Source: Mayamaea pseudoterrestris
Taxonomy: Eukaryota
Direction: 5' to 3'
DNA length: 64,000 bases
Assembly (NCBI GenBank): GCA_027923505.1
Contig: BROI01000036.1
Span: 62,001 to 126,000, forward strand
Part shown: in pieces, positions 33,994 to 44,258 of the stretch
How the letters are laid out: every line of letters starts with the position of its first letter
How positions within the stretch are numbered: the first letter of the stretch is position 1
Position numbers and translations under genes: made by a program
The notes under the pieces: model-generated
The model's database searches: none
What the model was told of the DNA's origin: nothing
Seen by the model: the letters and a program-made list of their open reading frames with translations, nothing else

Positions 33994-35400
33994 ATGTCGA
34001 ACGAGGCAAGCAACTATTCGTTAATACTAGCTGCCCCGGGTTGTTCTCACCTTGATCTTACTGCAGCGCTTCTGCAAAAGCAGTGGCCTCGAGGAGGAAG
34101 CATTCAGGATTATTTCGACAAAATCACGAGCTCATCAAAGCATCTTCCATGCAGCTACATTCTTCTTTATGAAGACGCTCCAGTCGGTCATGTTCGCATC
34201 ACTGAGTGTTTGGATGACTCCTCGGCCCGAGCCGTCGCTGCTACATACATCATCACGGAGCCTCGTAACCAAGGATACGGACGCATACTGATGAAACTAT
34301 TGGAAAAGCGCGTCAAGCAGCTCAACTATCACTACATTTACGTTTGGACGCATACCGCCGTTGACTTTTACACAAAGTGTGGATACAAGCCAACCCATCG
34401 AGTCTCGCTGCACCGGCCCTGCTTGAAGCGACTGGAATGCAGTCAAGTTTCGCGCATCGAGTCGCTCCTTGCGAGTCGAATGGCAGTCATGCAACATGGC
34501 AGCAGCAGCTGCGACGAATCTACCAAACGACAAGCTGCTACAGCTGAAACAGTTTTGCTGCCTCCGGATGAAATGGTTGATGGCGGCGCGTCGGTAATTG
34601 AGGACGTTTGGTTGCGCAAGCGGCTCGTCGAGTGCCTTCCATTGACAATCGTTTCACTCAAACATCGTCTACAGGAGTTACAAGCCTGCACTATAAAGTA
34701 TCCAGAATATGCGTCATGGAAGTACTACATCCGCCACGACGTTCCGTGGACGCAGCAGGTGGGACCATCGTGCGGATTGGCGGCGCTGCGCATGGTGCAT
34801 GGTGCCGCTCAACCGACTACAGCAGTTGCGACGACCGACGATTCCTTGCCTTCTCTATTGGAATACGCCATTCAACAACATTATAGCGATGACGGTGAAC
34901 TATTTGATGCAATGCACCTGCTGCGCCTGGGCCAAGACGTTTGCAACTTGTCATGCCGAACTGAATCGCTGCGAGCAACACCTGCTCGAAAAATATTGTC
35001 GCATTTAATGCAGCGTCGACTACTCGTATTTGCGTACGACTCGCAACCAGCGACCCGCCAACCATGCTGCAACGACGGAAAGTCGGCGCACTACGGCGTC
35101 ATGGTCGGAATGCTCGTGGGGCGCAAAGTGGACGATGGTTTGAATGCAGAGACGTTGCGTTCGCCAACGCCTATTGACGAGCTCAGTCAGGCCGACTTGA
35201 TATCTCTTGAGAATGATCCCTTGTCTTCAGAGTGCGTCATGCTAGCTCTTGTCCAGCATGGATTGTCAAACAAGCTGACGATTGCTACCTAGGATGCTTT
35301 CTGCATGTCGAATCTGCAGCTTCGAATGGTCGATGCCGACAAGTATCCTCACGCTACCAACCTCAATCTGATGGACCACTTGATAGTATTTACAGATTAG
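33994..35400 (+). CDS. Fusion of an NAA80-like GNAT acetyltransferase and an ACTMAP (C19orf54)-like cysteine protease; in-frame TAG at 35290-35292
   Basis: N-half: LLQKQWPR, LPCSYIL, VGHVRI, AcCoA motif RNQGYGRILM, FYTKCGY and terminal strand WLRKRL. C-half: QVGPSCGLAAL, GELFDA, AYD, PC..DGKSAHY, QHGLS and, past the TAG, SNLQL. Confidence 0.8.
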
Positions 35401-35739
35401 CATAAGCGTTTTGGTCAACATGCTATCGTGCCTTATAACCTGATAAGCACGTATCGTGCCGGTGCTTGTTAGAGTAAGAGCTCCGAGAACTGACGCCTAC
35501 TGTTAACAACGTATTTGACGAGCTGCGCTGGCTGGCCACAATGTTGTCGTAGAGTGCGTACAATAGCAGCGACGGCGGCTAGCTTGAACAGCAAAACATG
35601 AATTCACACAAACGAAGAGCGTGGGTAGAATAAAATTGCTGGCTATTGTTTCATTGTATTCTAAGGGATTCTCTTTAAAGGAAAGGCGCCATATCTCCTA
35701 AATATTCTCCTTCCACATCCGCTTAAATTCACATGATTT

Positions 35740-38484
35740 CTACGACGCAAAGGACGCAATCCAGTCACTGATGGATGAGTGGGCGGCTTGCTCATCAAGG
35801 CTCATAAGTTTTTCCACAACAACAGTCTCTTCATATGACACTGGACCGCCGCGTTTAGCGAGAACCATGCAGGCAAACTCAGCGGGACGACCGTCCGTCA
35901 AAAAGTAATCTGGGCAAGACTTGAGCATCTCCAGCGACATCAAGTCGAGTCGCATCCAACTGGCTAGAATCGTCGCCATGTGGCTGGCGGCTAGCGGCGC
36001 ATCAATCTCAATGTCGCGAAGACTTTCCATTGGAGCCTGTACGCCGGCCACGAGCGAGTCCGAACTAATCTTCTTCTCCTGAATGCACCGTTCCAATACA
36101 CTTAGCATCTTTTCAACCTCGTCCTTCTTCATTTCTAAAATCATCATTACAGCCGCTTCAATCATGGCGGCACCACGCTCCACATGACCGTCCTCTCCAA
36201 AGCAAACAATTTCATCCACTGTCAAGACGGCATCATTAAAATCACCGCTCATGAAAAATTCTTTAAATAAACTTTTGCCTCGTTTCGCGCATTCCGATGC
36301 ATCAAAGTGCTCTTTTGTCGTTCGAGCAGAAGGCGACTCTGTCGATAGCGCAGTCGGTGAGACAGTCCGCAAAGTCTTGGGGTTTACAGAAGTAGCCTCA
36401 CTCTTTCCACCATTCTTGCCCTTGCTACCGGTAGTCTTCCCCTCGGCAGCCAATTGCAAACTTGTCTTTGGTCCGCTGCCGCCAGATGGCTGGGCCTTGG
36501 TGCTTACAACCTCTAACGAGCTTCGGCGCGACGCGTTCTTCTTTGGCTTGGCAACGTTTACAAATCCATCTTCATCAGGAATAGCTTCCACGCTTGTCGT
36601 CGACTGCGAACGAATCATAGTCAAGGACTTGCGGCTGCCATTGCTGGCCAAGCTCACTGCCGACTGTTGGCTCATCCGTCGCTGTGCCGCCTCCTCCTGC
36701 AAAACCTCCTTGTGAATCTCCTTGATGGACTTGGCCTTCTCCTGCTTGCGACGATGCACCCAGTTATTTTCCTTGAGTTCAATGAGGTCCTGCAGTAAAA
36801 ACTTGACGCGAACAGAAGGTGCCTTCAGACGCTCCTTGTCAGCGTCAGTCAGCTCCTCCTTGCCGGCAGCAAGCTCCGTTGGAACAGGTATACCTGCCAT
36901 GACATAAACTTGCCGCCAAACTGCCTGCATGGCCTCGTCCTTCTCCGTCTCGTCATCATGCAGACGAGATCCAATCGTGGTCATGAGTTTGCAAAAGCAG
37001 TCCAACCGCTCCTCATCATCCGGCTGCAACAGCTTTTGCAAACAACCAATCATAATGTCACCCTTGATGAGACCAACGTGGTATAGCTCGCCGATGAAAT
37101 GCATGAGACCAATGCTCTTCTTGCGAGCCAGCAATTCGTCAAGTTCCTTTTCGCGCGCGTCGCTAGTTGTCGAGTCGTTGAGTGCGGCTGCGCTACTAGT
37201 TGACGCTGCATTACCACCACCGTTACCAGTATCCGCCGCTGCCGCAACTGCTGCTCCATTGCCACTACTAGTCGCAACAACATCTTGCTCATTAAACAGT
37301 TCCTGACATAGCGCCAGCAGCGTTCGTCGAAAGGACTTGTGCGCCTTGCCCAAGCGTTCGGCAAACCGCGCGTACAATTCACAAAAGTGCGGCTCCAACA
37401 TGGCCTTGTCAACCAACAAACGCATCATTTTTGAAATGACTGGTTTGGTGAGTACCAAGTCTTTCACGTCACTGTCCTTGGTCAAACCAAGGGCCTGTAG
37501 AAAGGACTTGGTGAGCTTGTCGAGCGTCGTCCAGGAAAGCTTGTTAAGAATGGCAAAGGCCTTGCCAATCTGCTCCTCCTCCTCGGGCGAAAGGACATTG
37601 GCGTCTCCAGTTTCGGCACTACTACTAATGTCATTCGCATTCTTCTTCTTGACGCGCTTCGGTTTCCATCGCGTGTCATTGTTCACCGCCAATGGCTGCA
37701 AGTCGTTCATGGCTTGCATTTCCGCTTGAATCAACTCGACGCGATCCTTGGCCGTCCAGTGCGCATACAAATGCGGAGTCCAATAGTAATTGTTTTGACT
37801 GCTGGAAGCTACATCATTCTCATCGCTTGCAGCTGCCGTATTGTCATTGCTAGCGCCAACTTTATCTGCTTTCGTTTCCTTCCGTTCAACCTCACGCGGC
37901 GCTTCCAAGTATTTCATGCGGCACGCGAGAAAGTGCGACTGCGGAATGCGAACGACTGCAGTATCCGCATTCGTATCGTCGAGAAAGAGTACAATTTCAT
38001 CCAGCGTCTTGGTCGAGGCCAATTTCGCCGGCTTGGGCTTGTCCTTGCTGCCGCTCATGCTGGGGCGCTTCTTGCTGTTTCCAGAATGATTGGATGCAGC
38101 AGCATGAGGAGTAGCAGCGGCAGCTAGCGAGGAAGGTCCGTGACTGGCGCGAGTCTGCTTTTCATCTTGGTGCTTGGAAAAGTGAGCGTGCTTTTGGCTG
38201 GAAGGTTGCGACGCATAGTTTCCGCTTCGATGTCCGGCGCCGCGTCCTCCGGCGTTCGTCACGCCTCGTCCGCCACTAGCGGCTGTACTATGCAAGCCTC
38301 TTCCAGCTACGCGGTCCTTGCTACTAGACGCGGCAGTCTTCCATCCTCCAGCGGCTGGCTTTGCTGTGGTCGTCGTCTTGCTGCTTCCTTTACTAGTCGC
38401 CGAAGACGCTGCTGAAGCAAGACTGCTCGTTGGCTTTGGCGGCTCCTTGACCACGGCGGAAGCTCCTTTGCCCCAGGCGCTCAT
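35740..38484 (-). CDS. eIF4G-family translation initiation factor (MIF4G + MA3 domains)
   Basis: MIF4G: ILNKLS, DKAMLEPHFCELYA, GLMHFIGELY, CKLMTTIG, RVKFLLQDLIEL..NNW. C-terminal MA3: KEFF.SGD, DIEIDAPLA. Confidence 0.9.
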   Translation of the reverse strand: MSAWGKGASAVVKEPPKPTSSLASAASSATSKGSSKTTTTAKPAAGGWKTAASSSKDRVAGRGLHSTAASGGRGVTNAGGRGAGHRSGNYASQPSSQKHAHFSKHQDEKQTRASHGPSSLAAAATPHAAASNHSGNSKKRPSMSGSKDKPKPAKLASTKTLDEIVLFLDDTNADTAVVRIPQSHFLACRMKYLEAPREVERKETKADKVGASNDNTAAASDENDVASSSQNNYYWTPHLYAHWTAKDRVELIQAEMQAMNDLQPLAVNNDTRWKPKRVKKKNANDISSSAETGDANVLSPEEEEQIGKAFAILNKLSWTTLDKLTKSFLQALGLTKDSDVKDLVLTKPVISKMMRLLVDKAMLEPHFCELYARFAERLGKAHKSFRRTLLALCQELFNEQDVVATSSGNGAAVAAAADTGNGGGNAASTSSAAALNDSTTSDAREKELDELLARKKSIGLMHFIGELYHVGLIKGDIMIGCLQKLLQPDDEERLDCFCKLMTTIGSRLHDDETEKDEAMQAVWRQVYVMAGIPVPTELAAGKEELTDADKERLKAPSVRVKFLLQDLIELKENNWVHRRKQEKAKSIKEIHKEVLQEEAAQRRMSQQSAVSLASNGSRKSLTMIRSQSTTSVEAIPDEDGFVNVAKPKKNASRRSSLEVVSTKAQPSGGSGPKTSLQLAAEGKTTGSKGKNGGKSEATSVNPKTLRTVSPTALSTESPSARTTKEHFDASECAKRGKSLFKEFFMSGDFNDAVLTVDEIVCFGEDGHVERGAAMIEAAVMMILEMKKDEVEKMLSVLERCIQEKKISSDSLVAGVQAPMESLRDIEIDAPLAASHMATILASWMRLDLMSLEMLKSCPDYFLTDGRPAEFACMVLAKRGGPVSYEETVVVEKLMSLDEQAAHSSISDWIASFAS

Positions 38485-38989
38485 GATTTCTTATTGTAGA
38501 TGCTTTATACTTTGGCTCGCTGTATGTCAATCGTATCGTTTCGTGGAAGCGAAACTGTGACGAAAAGAAACGCGCGCTCCATCATGGTGATGCCAATCGT
38601 TCCGCGTGGTTTCGCGGTGAACGGGTCATGAGTCAAACTTGTTGCTAACTCGAAAACGTGTTCAGTACCGGTCACTCATTCGTCGGCGCGAGAGGGTTAC
38701 ATTCATTTAGCTAGCAAGTCATTGTCAAGGATGCACCACAACTAACAATATCGCAACGGACGAACGGCACGTCAAAATCCAAGAGAGTGTTTCAAACGTT
38801 GAAATGTTTCAGAAAGGCTTCTCCCTGTTGAGAATCTTCCAGCGGAGCGTTGAGTGACTGCAAAAATTTCCGTCCCGTGGCTTTCGTGCAATCGAAACTA
38901 TGACATCGCTCGACCTCATTATATCGCTTGATCCGACAAGCTTTGACGACCTTCGTTGCATCAAGTAAAGCGCATTTCTTTAGTCAATC

Positions 38990-39907
38990 ATGAGCTCCGA
39001 GTAAGTCGAGTGACCTGTTGCAATGTGTGGGAAATTTGGTGTCTAACGTTATATATATTCTTCGTTTCTGCGTCCCATCAAAAGCCGGAAGAGCAAAGCG
39101 CCAGCTTTGCAGGAATCGGCGTCGAAGCGTTGCAAGCAAAGTGGTGAGGTTGCCAATGCTGGAGTGGCGACTGTACTCGACCCCAACGCTTCCAATGCGG
39201 TGCTAGTGGCGCCTGATCATGAGGCCTCTGTGGATCCAGGAGATCGGATTGCAAAGCTTATCATGACAGACTTTCGAAGCGACAATGAATCCATTGTCTT
39301 GCAGGCAGTGAAAGAGGTATATTCATTCGTGAACCCTTCCAATTCGCAAACTGACGCAGAGGAGAAGCAAAACGCTGACGTTATTACTAGTCTCGGCGGA
39401 TATTCCTTGATAAGAATTCTGATGGAAGATTGGATCGATTCGCAAGAGATACAGGAAAACGCGATTCATGCGCTTGTGGACGTTTCCTTCCATGACTCGC
39501 TCATGCCTTCGCGACCATTTATCAGAATTGGTCTGTTTGAGCAAATTTGCGTCGCTTGGCAACGCTACCAAGACGATGAGGTCTTTATTGACAAAATTTT
39601 TCACGCACTTTTTAATATGGTCTTGGACTCCAAGGACAACGCTCAACACTTGGTAGAAAAGGTTGATGGTATTAAAAAAACTGTTGCTTCAATGAAGAGG
39701 CACCAAAGTTGTGAAGATGTGCAGCTTATGTGCGCGGAACTTCTCGAAGAAATCACTTTTTACCAGAAATATCGTGCCCTGGTCATCAAGTCGGGCGGCA
39801 TTCAAGTGTTGGGAGATGCCATTCAGCGCTTCCCAGACAATGATGAGCTGCAGGATTTTGCGAAAGACGTTCTTGCGTGTCTCGCCACGCGGCCCAACAC
39901 TACGTAG
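38990..39907 (+). CDS. Armadillo-like helical repeat hypothetical protein (probable short first exon 38990-39000; intron 39001-39084)
   Basis: ARM-like segments (GGYSLI..LM..W.DSQEIQ, GGIQVLGDAIQRFPDNDELQ). ATGAGCTCCGA|GTAAGT splices in frame to give MSSD-RKSK. Confidence 0.7.
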
Positions 39908-41504
39908 ATATAAATGTTTAACTTTAATCTAGTATATTAATTAAAAAGCAACACGTATCTTGTTGGTTATATTCCGCAGACATCGCCCATGGTACTCTTG
40001 TTGTTGGCAGGTGTGCTCGTGTAGCAGTGCGGCAAAATCCTCCCAGCACTTTCCATGGCCGCCATCGAAAACAAACCCGCAGGCCTATGCCTTTTCACTT
40101 GACCATGCGCCCGAGAGCCGACGCCACGATCTGCCGGTATCAGCGCCGCGAATTCGACTTGTTGACACAGGTTACAAACGCTTAGAATGTCACAAGCATG
40201 CGATTGCTTTGAGCAAAAAGGTATGACTTGATCTATCGCAGTTTTGTCTCCTCTGTGATGTTGGGACTCAGCCACTCAGTGATTTTCTAGATGATCTGCC
40301 CTCTTTCCATTGCGTTTGCCAAGCTCGAATGACGACCACCACTGGTGAAAGTTGAACCGTGGCTAGTGACTGCGCCACCAAAGTTGCGAGAACGCCAGCG
40401 TTGGAGAATCATCATGCTTGGAAACGACGCGCGACAAGTTGGAGTCCTTTGCAGCAGTTGCAAATGTTGCTATGGAGCAAGCATTAACATCATGTTGTTT
40501 CGACAGGAGTGGCTCGCCGTCGACTTCATTCGAAACCCACTCACTGCGCTTGCGAAGGTTCTGTCCGATACTGTTACAGGATTACCATCCTTGGCTGCTC
40601 TTGGCTAATTGTTGTAAACGTAGTCGAGTCGCTTGGGCCGCGATCGGATGCTGTTCAAGTAAATGTAAAGATTGCACCGCTGACCGTGAAAGAGTATTGC
40701 TCCGAGTCCATGAGCCAGTCGCGGATCGACCGAATATGGACGTGATGACTTCGACTAGCGAATGCAGCATTCGTTTTGCAATAAGATGCTTGCTGTTATG
40801 TTTTCAATGAATCAAAAGATGAATCTCGGGAGCTATATTGTGGAGTCTTGGTCCAGCATGTAGTCACCGAGCAAGTAAAGCCATTTTCAGTCGATTCGGG
40901 ACGGCAGCGGCAGCTGTGCTGAAAGCTGAAAGTGGAAAGCGTTGCGAAGGAGTATTTCGCTGCTTCCACATCACTAGTGATAGCACCCCTTTGTACGTGT
41001 AGTATATGGTTCATGGTAGTCGGAATAGTTAAAAAGCAGTTCATGCCGCCGCTTGCAAGTCAGCAACCTCCATGGTGGATGGTGATGGTTGTGCGACGGC
41101 GCGGCGAGGCCGATTGCAGTCATTCATGCCGCATGGAAAACGAACTCTGTTTGTCACAAGTGAGTCATTTTCTTACTTGTGAAAGTGCGGCAATCGTGCG
41201 GGCATCGATAGGTTCACCCAACGATTCCTACGCGATTGCTACCTTGAAGTCCAACAATGGTATAATAGGCGCACTAACACGCGGACGCTTGATTGACAAG
41301 TTATCTTACGTTTGCTGTCGGACCCCTCTGAGCCAAAAATTATTGTGACAATCCTAGAGGAGTTGGTTTCTTGCAGCCCTCTGGACCTACCGGTAGTCGC
41401 AGTACATCACGACATCAAAGTGATGACAGCGAGCAAACGTTTCGCAATCTGTTCAAAGGGTGCAAGGTACAAGTATCATGCATACAAATATTGCGGAATT
41501 CAGA

Positions 41505-43877
41505 TTATGCAATAATGGGAAGCTGTGAAGCGGGCGCATCAGTACCGGCTGTTTCTTGCAACTTGCGCCACAGCTGAGGCGTCCAGTACCAGCCAGATGC
41601 ACCATAGAAAGTGTCGATGACATCACCGCATGGAATGATCCATCCATGGCTGTTCCGTGTCACCTTTGGCGGGATCTCCCTCACCCAGAAACACTTGACG
41701 TTGACTTCAGGCAGCTTCTGGAGGATTTCAGCTGTCGGTGCCGTTTGGTTTGTCGATTTATTCACCTTTGGATATGTTCTTCCCTTTCTTAACCGATACC
41801 CATAGAAATCGAGAATCTCGCCGCCTCTCCAATAGATTACTATGAGGTCAAAGTCCGGAAAGTTCATGCCGGTTGGACGAAAAATGAAGATTGTTGGCGC
41901 CTCTGCGATTTCAACCTGTTCAAGCAAACTAGACCAATCGTGAGTTCTCGAAATATCCCCTATCAAGCTTGGCCCAGAGTTATACTCAATTTTCACATTG
42001 AAATGTGCAAACCATTGCCGCGGAACAAGTGCGTACTCATGTGCAGCGTCATGCCAATTGGCAAGGCAACGAGCGATAAGCTGGAAATAAAACAGCGCCT
42101 GCCAGCCAACACCAGGCTCATCTGGTCCGCTTTTGAACTCGCTCAGTAATCCAGCCAATACTGTTGTTATATTTGTGATACTGTCATCTGGGACCTGCAG
42201 ATCCGTTAGTAGATGCTCCAGCGCAAAGGGGGGCCACATAGCTAATGCCCGACTTTCTCCCATTTTTGTGCCAAGCAATGTATGTAGAGGTTGAGGTATT
42301 TCATTAATGTTGCCGGTGAAAATAGACTTGAACAATCGTCTCAGCGACTTCATTTTCGTCGCGTCGTCCCACGCGTTGAACTCGCGGACTGCCTCCTGTT
42401 GTTGGTAACGTATGCCTGGTTGAAGTCGTTGAGTATAAATCGTTGCAGGCGACAAGGCATAAAATATGGCAACGTTTGCACTTTTCAAGTTTGAATCGAG
42501 CTTTGCTTGAGCTTCCGTCAAGTTGCCAACGAGCGGAAGATTTTGGTGTATAACGCGACGGTCCTTCGGCCTGAAGCCTTCGACCACGCCGGCCAACAAA
42601 CCGATGGTCGATAAAACTTGCGCTGAAAACACAAAGTAGGATCCAGCTTGAACTATAAAGTTATATCTGATGAAGTTGCCGATGTGTTCGTGTCCACATA
42701 ATACATTGCTCAGCTCGTCAACAAACACAATGACATGCGACTTTTTCAACCACTGCGTCACTTTGTCGAAATCGAAAAAGTAATCCTTCGCTAGGAATTC
42801 CTGATAGGCCTCATAAAGGTCGTCGCCAGCAGCAGCTGTTGTTTGTTGTGCTGCAAACATAAGTCGTCGGCAGAGCCCTTGTCCAGGATCCGCTTTGTCC
42901 AGTTGAGTGCACGGCGAATAATCGTTGAATGTAATGAATATCACACCGACTGGTCGAGTATTCAAACGTGCCTTGACATGTTTGGCTAGCTCCTGCATTG
43001 CCCGTGTCTTGCCGCTGCCGCTGTAACCGACGAGCGCCATGGGACGCACGCGCAAACCTGTCGCATCCGAACTGTCAAACTCATGTATCAAGGACTCTGT
43101 CGCTCGTTCCACCCATCCAGGCTCGCTGACAAACTCAGGTCCATCGATAGGTGGAAGCACTACGTCCTCGGGTTTTGGCAAAGTACTGTAATCGAATGCG
43201 ATTTTGCGTTTTGAAGAAGTAGCTGCTCCAGCTTGGTCGGTCGCAAACCAAACAAGTGAATACGTTGCACCATTCTGGAGCGTCTTGAACTGAACAATCT
43301 CGTTTCCTTTATCATCGGCCAAGCATGTCGCTTTGAACTGCCTGAGGAGAATATCCATGCCATCCTGGTCCTCGAGAATTCTGCGACGAGCATTGCCGTG
43401 AGCATCAATGTACGAAATCGTCTTGCTGGAGTCATTCATCGCTTCTTCTGCGCCCAAGCCAGAATTGACATGCGAATTATCTATCACTCGTGTAATTCTT
43501 GGAGCCTGTGACAGCCTCAACATGCAGTAGACGTGGCCGTCCGCAATGTCGTCAAAGTCATTGGCGCCGATCAGCTTTTCGTTCGAGTAATCAAACAGCC
43601 GAAACAAACGATATTCTTCAAATAATTGGCGCAAGGAGGCCGAGTCTTTCAAAGTATACTGACTTTCAGTGCCATTGTTGCCTTGACAAATAATGGTCTT
43701 GGCCGTCCAAAGAGCAGTGAATGGTGATTTGCGGTGCTGCTGAGCGCGCCGCCGCGACGGAGCTGGATGCTGCCGCGAATGACGGGGAATCAAGAAGCAT
43801 CGAACAAAGCAAGTATTTCCCAAAGTGATTGATAGAATAGCCAATGAGGCAAGCACGGCGATAGTTGTCCGCCGCAT
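41505..43877 (-). CDS. Crinkler/CR-effector-like protein: signal peptide, two small header domains, P-loop NTPase and restriction-endonuclease-fold C-terminus
   Basis: MRRTTIAVLASLAILSITLG signal, headers ending in DG.VY and NGATYSL, Walker A GYSGSGKT, Walker B VFVDE, and a C-terminal P....FPDFDLIV...YGY.L.K motif. Confidence 0.65.
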   Translation of the reverse strand: MRRTTIAVLASLAILSITLGNTCFVRCFLIPRHSRQHPAPSRRRAQQHRKSPFTALWTAKTIICQGNNGTESQYTLKDSASLRQLFEEYRLFRLFDYSNEKLIGANDFDDIADGHVYCMLRLSQAPRITRVIDNSHVNSGLGAEEAMNDSSKTISYIDAHGNARRRILEDQDGMDILLRQFKATCLADDKGNEIVQFKTLQNGATYSLVWFATDQAGAATSSKRKIAFDYSTLPKPEDVVLPPIDGPEFVSEPGWVERATESLIHEFDSSDATGLRVRPMALVGYSGSGKTRAMQELAKHVKARLNTRPVGVIFITFNDYSPCTQLDKADPGQGLCRRLMFAAQQTTAAAGDDLYEAYQEFLAKDYFFDFDKVTQWLKKSHVIVFVDELSNVLCGHEHIGNFIRYNFIVQAGSYFVFSAQVLSTIGLLAGVVEGFRPKDRRVIHQNLPLVGNLTEAQAKLDSNLKSANVAIFYALSPATIYTQRLQPGIRYQQQEAVREFNAWDDATKMKSLRRLFKSIFTGNINEIPQPLHTLLGTKMGESRALAMWPPFALEHLLTDLQVPDDSITNITTVLAGLLSEFKSGPDEPGVGWQALFYFQLIARCLANWHDAAHEYALVPRQWFAHFNVKIEYNSGPSLIGDISRTHDWSSLLEQVEIAEAPTIFIFRPTGMNFPDFDLIVIYWRGGEILDFYGYRLRKGRTYPKVNKSTNQTAPTAEILQKLPEVNVKCFWVREIPPKVTRNSHGWIIPCGDVIDTFYGASGWYWTPQLWRKLQETAGTDAPASQLPIIA

Positions 43878-44258
43878 GGTCCCGCCATGTTGGGAAGGTA
43901 GCTTATGACGGAACGATGTTGTCAAGATTTTCTCGTATGTCGTAGCGATACTCGTCATGACGGTGTACCCGTACGACAGGTAGCTACCCAGCTGAAGATT
44001 TATAGTAAGCGCATTTTTGCTGAGCTGAATCGCTGAACATTTCCTAGTCCAAAGTATGCAGTTGGGTATGTCCGTGCGAGAAATAAGTGTCGGTAAGAGC
44101 GGCCACCAATAAACAATTGTCGAGAAAGACATTACGCTGTTCGCTGCGAGCAAGGGGTAAGCCTTATGCTTTGCTAACGCCCACACATCAATACGACACC
44201 ACGATGAACAAACTAATTCGCATAGGTCATATATATATATCAAAACAACTTGCAGTAT

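Noticed and set aside
43878..44243. 122-aa N-terminal extension of the 912-aa ORF
   Set aside because: Looks like open-frame intergenic/UTR sequence; ATG 43877 begins a clear signal peptide.
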